Source of the DNA: Holophagaceae bacterium UBA692
Lineage (GTDB): Bacteria > Acidobacteriota > Holophagae > Holophagales > Holophagaceae
Reading direction: 5' to 3'
Assembly (NCBI GenBank): GCA_002297665.1
Contig: DBMS01000294.1
Coordinates: 15,934-59,072, forward strand
DNA: 43,139 nt
A program made the position numbers and the translations under genes. The notes under the pieces are model-generated. The model ran no database searches. It was not told the DNA's origin and saw only the letters and a list, made by a program, of their open reading frames with translations. Position 1 is the stretch's first letter, and the number at the start of each line of letters is the position of its first letter. Of the stretch, positions 41,460-43,139 are shown one piece after another.

Positions 41460-42968
41460 ATGGCAACAGCTGAAGTCCAGGCCAGGCAGGCCCACGAGTT
41501 CGTACCCTCCGGCCAGTTGGTGACCTTCACCCTGGACGGCGTGGAGTTCGGTCTGGACATCGACCGGGTCCAGGAGATCACCCCCCGAACCGACATCACG
41601 CCCGTGCCGGGCGCGCCCAGCTTCGTCCTGGGCGTCGTGAACCTGCGCGGCATGATCATCCCGGTGCTGGACAGCCGGCTGCGCTTCCACCTGCCTCCCA
41701 AGCCCCCCACGGACAAGACCCGCATCATCATCCTGGGGCTGGCCGGCCAGCCCACGGGGCTGATGGTCGATTCCGTGGCCGAGGTGGTCAAGCTCGACGA
41801 CTTCACCCTGCGGGACACGCCGCCCCTGGTGGCCGGGGTGCGCAGCGAGTACCTGGCCGGCATGGTCACCACCGGCGACCGCCTCATCACCCTCATCAAC
41901 CTCGAGAAGATCCTGGATTCCGCGGAATTCGGCCACCGCGAGGTCCTGGCCGAGACCTCGGGCGGCGCGTCCACCTTCATGTCGCAGGAGACGGCCGCCG
42001 AGCTCATCGAGGACGAGCTTCCCTTCGTCACCTTCACCCTGGGCCGGGAATCCTTCGGCATCGACCTCAAGCTGGTGGAGGAGATCATCGAGATCCCCAC
42101 CATCACCAAGGTTCCCGACGCGCCCCCCTACGTGCTGGGCGTCATCTGCCTGCGGGACCAGGTGCTCCCGCTCCTGGACTTCATCCAGCTCCTCCAGGTC
42201 GAGCCCGCCGAGAACCCCACCGCCGGGGACATGGTCATCCTCCTGAGCTTCGGCGCGGCCAAGCTGGGCATCGTGGTGGACGGCATCCAGGAGATCATCC
42301 GCATCAAGGAGGAGGAGATCCTCCCGCCTCCCCAGACCCTCAGCGAGCGCGAAAGCCGCGACCTGGAGGGCGTGGTGGTGCGTTCGGACCGCATGGTGAG
42401 CCTGCTCAAGGTGCTGGACATCATCACCGGCGAGGACCAGGCCAAGATCGCCGCCATGAGCACCAGCCTCATCCAGGAAACGAAGGAGGAGCACGCCGAC
42501 AGCTTCGAGCTGCCCCTGGTCGTCTTCCGCCTGGGCCCCGAAGCCTACTCCCTGCGCCTCCACGAGGTGAGGGAGATCATCATGGTCAGCAACATCACCC
42601 CCGTGCCCCGGGCGCCCTCCTTCATCGAAGGCGTCCTGAACCTCCGGGGCGAGGTGATGCCGGTCATCGACCTGCGGGAGCGGTTCGGACTGGAGCGCCA
42701 GGCCGCCACCAACCTGTCCCGCATCGTCATCACTCCCATCGGCGGCGTGTCCACGGGGCTGGTGGTGGATTCCGTGGACGAGGTGAAATCCGTCGACCAG
42801 AGGCGCCTGGAGGAGCCCCCCAGGGTGACCGCCGTGGGCGCCAACGCGTTCATCGAGAAGGTGGCCCGCACGGACCAGGGCGTGGTGTTCCTGCTCAACG
42901 TCCAACGCCTGCTCACCGACGTGGAGGGCCAGCAGCTCCAGGTCTTCCAGGGAAAGAAAAAGGGCTGA
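41460..42968 (+). CDS. cheW: CheW protein with three tandem CheW domains
   Basis: Three repeats: ITPVPGAPSFVLGVVNLRG / ITKVPDAPPYVLGVICLRD / ITPVPRAPSFIEGVLNLRG. Confidence 0.92.
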   Translation: MATAEVQARQAHEFVPSGQLVTFTLDGVEFGLDIDRVQEITPRTDITPVPGAPSFVLGVVNLRGMIIPVLDSRLRFHLPPKPPTDKTRIIILGLAGQPTGLMVDSVAEVVKLDDFTLRDTPPLVAGVRSEYLAGMVTTGDRLITLINLEKILDSAEFGHREVLAETSGGASTFMSQETAAELIEDELPFVTFTLGRESFGIDLKLVEEIIEIPTITKVPDAPPYVLGVICLRDQVLPLLDFIQLLQVEPAENPTAGDMVILLSFGAAKLGIVVDGIQEIIRIKEEEILPPPQTLSERESRDLEGVVVRSDRMVSLLKVLDIITGEDQAKIAAMSTSLIQETKEEHADSFELPLVVFRLGPEAYSLRLHEVREIIMVSNITPVPRAPSFIEGVLNLRGEVMPVIDLRERFGLERQAATNLSRIVITPIGGVSTGLVVDSVDEVKSVDQRRLEEPPRVTAVGANAFIEKVARTDQGVVFLLNVQRLLTDVEGQQLQVFQGKKKG

Positions 42969-42971
42969 AAC

Positions 42972-43139
42972 ATGAGCGAATTCTCCCTGGACGACCCCAG
43001 CTTCTACGAAGACTTCCTCGTGGAGGCCGGCGAGCATTTCGAACTCATCGAGCAGAACTTCCTTACCCTCGAGGAGGCCCCGGGCGACCTGGAGATCCTC
43101 AACGCCATCTTCCGCTCCGTGCACACCATCAAGGGGGCC
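42972..43139 (+). CDS. cheA: Chemotaxis histidine kinase, Hpt domain (3'-truncated)
   Basis: FLVEAGEHFELIEQNFLTLE...ILNAIFRSVHTIKGA. Confidence 0.92.
   Translation, partial: MSEFSLDDPSFYEDFLVEAGEHFELIEQNFLTLEEAPGDLEILNAIFRSVHTIKGA

Overview
GC-rich bacterial chromosome segment with about 47 CDSs and no rRNA, tRNA or CRISPR array seen. Gene content suggests an anaerobe, possibly Holophagae/Acidobacteriota, but this is only an impression. From left to right: ispA (5'-truncated) and dxs; a secreted hypothetical protein; a 211-bp MITE-like element with 24-bp terminal inverted repeats and a TTA duplication; a minus-strand run (YhaM-like nuclease, S4 protein, two parvulin PPIases, BI-1/YccA, MscS). 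Next is a ~17-kb tungsten locus: moeA, an HTH-only modE, tupA-[P5C dehydrogenase]-tupB-tupC, a large secreted two-repeat protein, and two convergent aldehyde:ferredoxin oxidoreductase (AOR/WOR) operons. One is Fd-AOR-ThiS; the other is an Aromatoleum-type aorABC-moaD plus a small GGG-ending protein, with a YhcG/DUF1016 nuclease gene in between. A shared 24-bp ModE-box-like motif precedes both tupA and aorA. The rest contains hup, a solitary rplI, a PilZ protein, a LapA/LapB-like TPR protein, family-4 UDG, an ECF sigma/anti-sigma pair, a divergent XPB helicase / Helicase_C_3-WYL pair, pgpA, osmC-like, rimO, an FHA-GAF-adenylate cyclase, and a chemotaxis operon (PilZ-cheY-cheZ-like-triple cheW-cheA, 3'-truncated). 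All calls are by motif recognition only; no searches were run.
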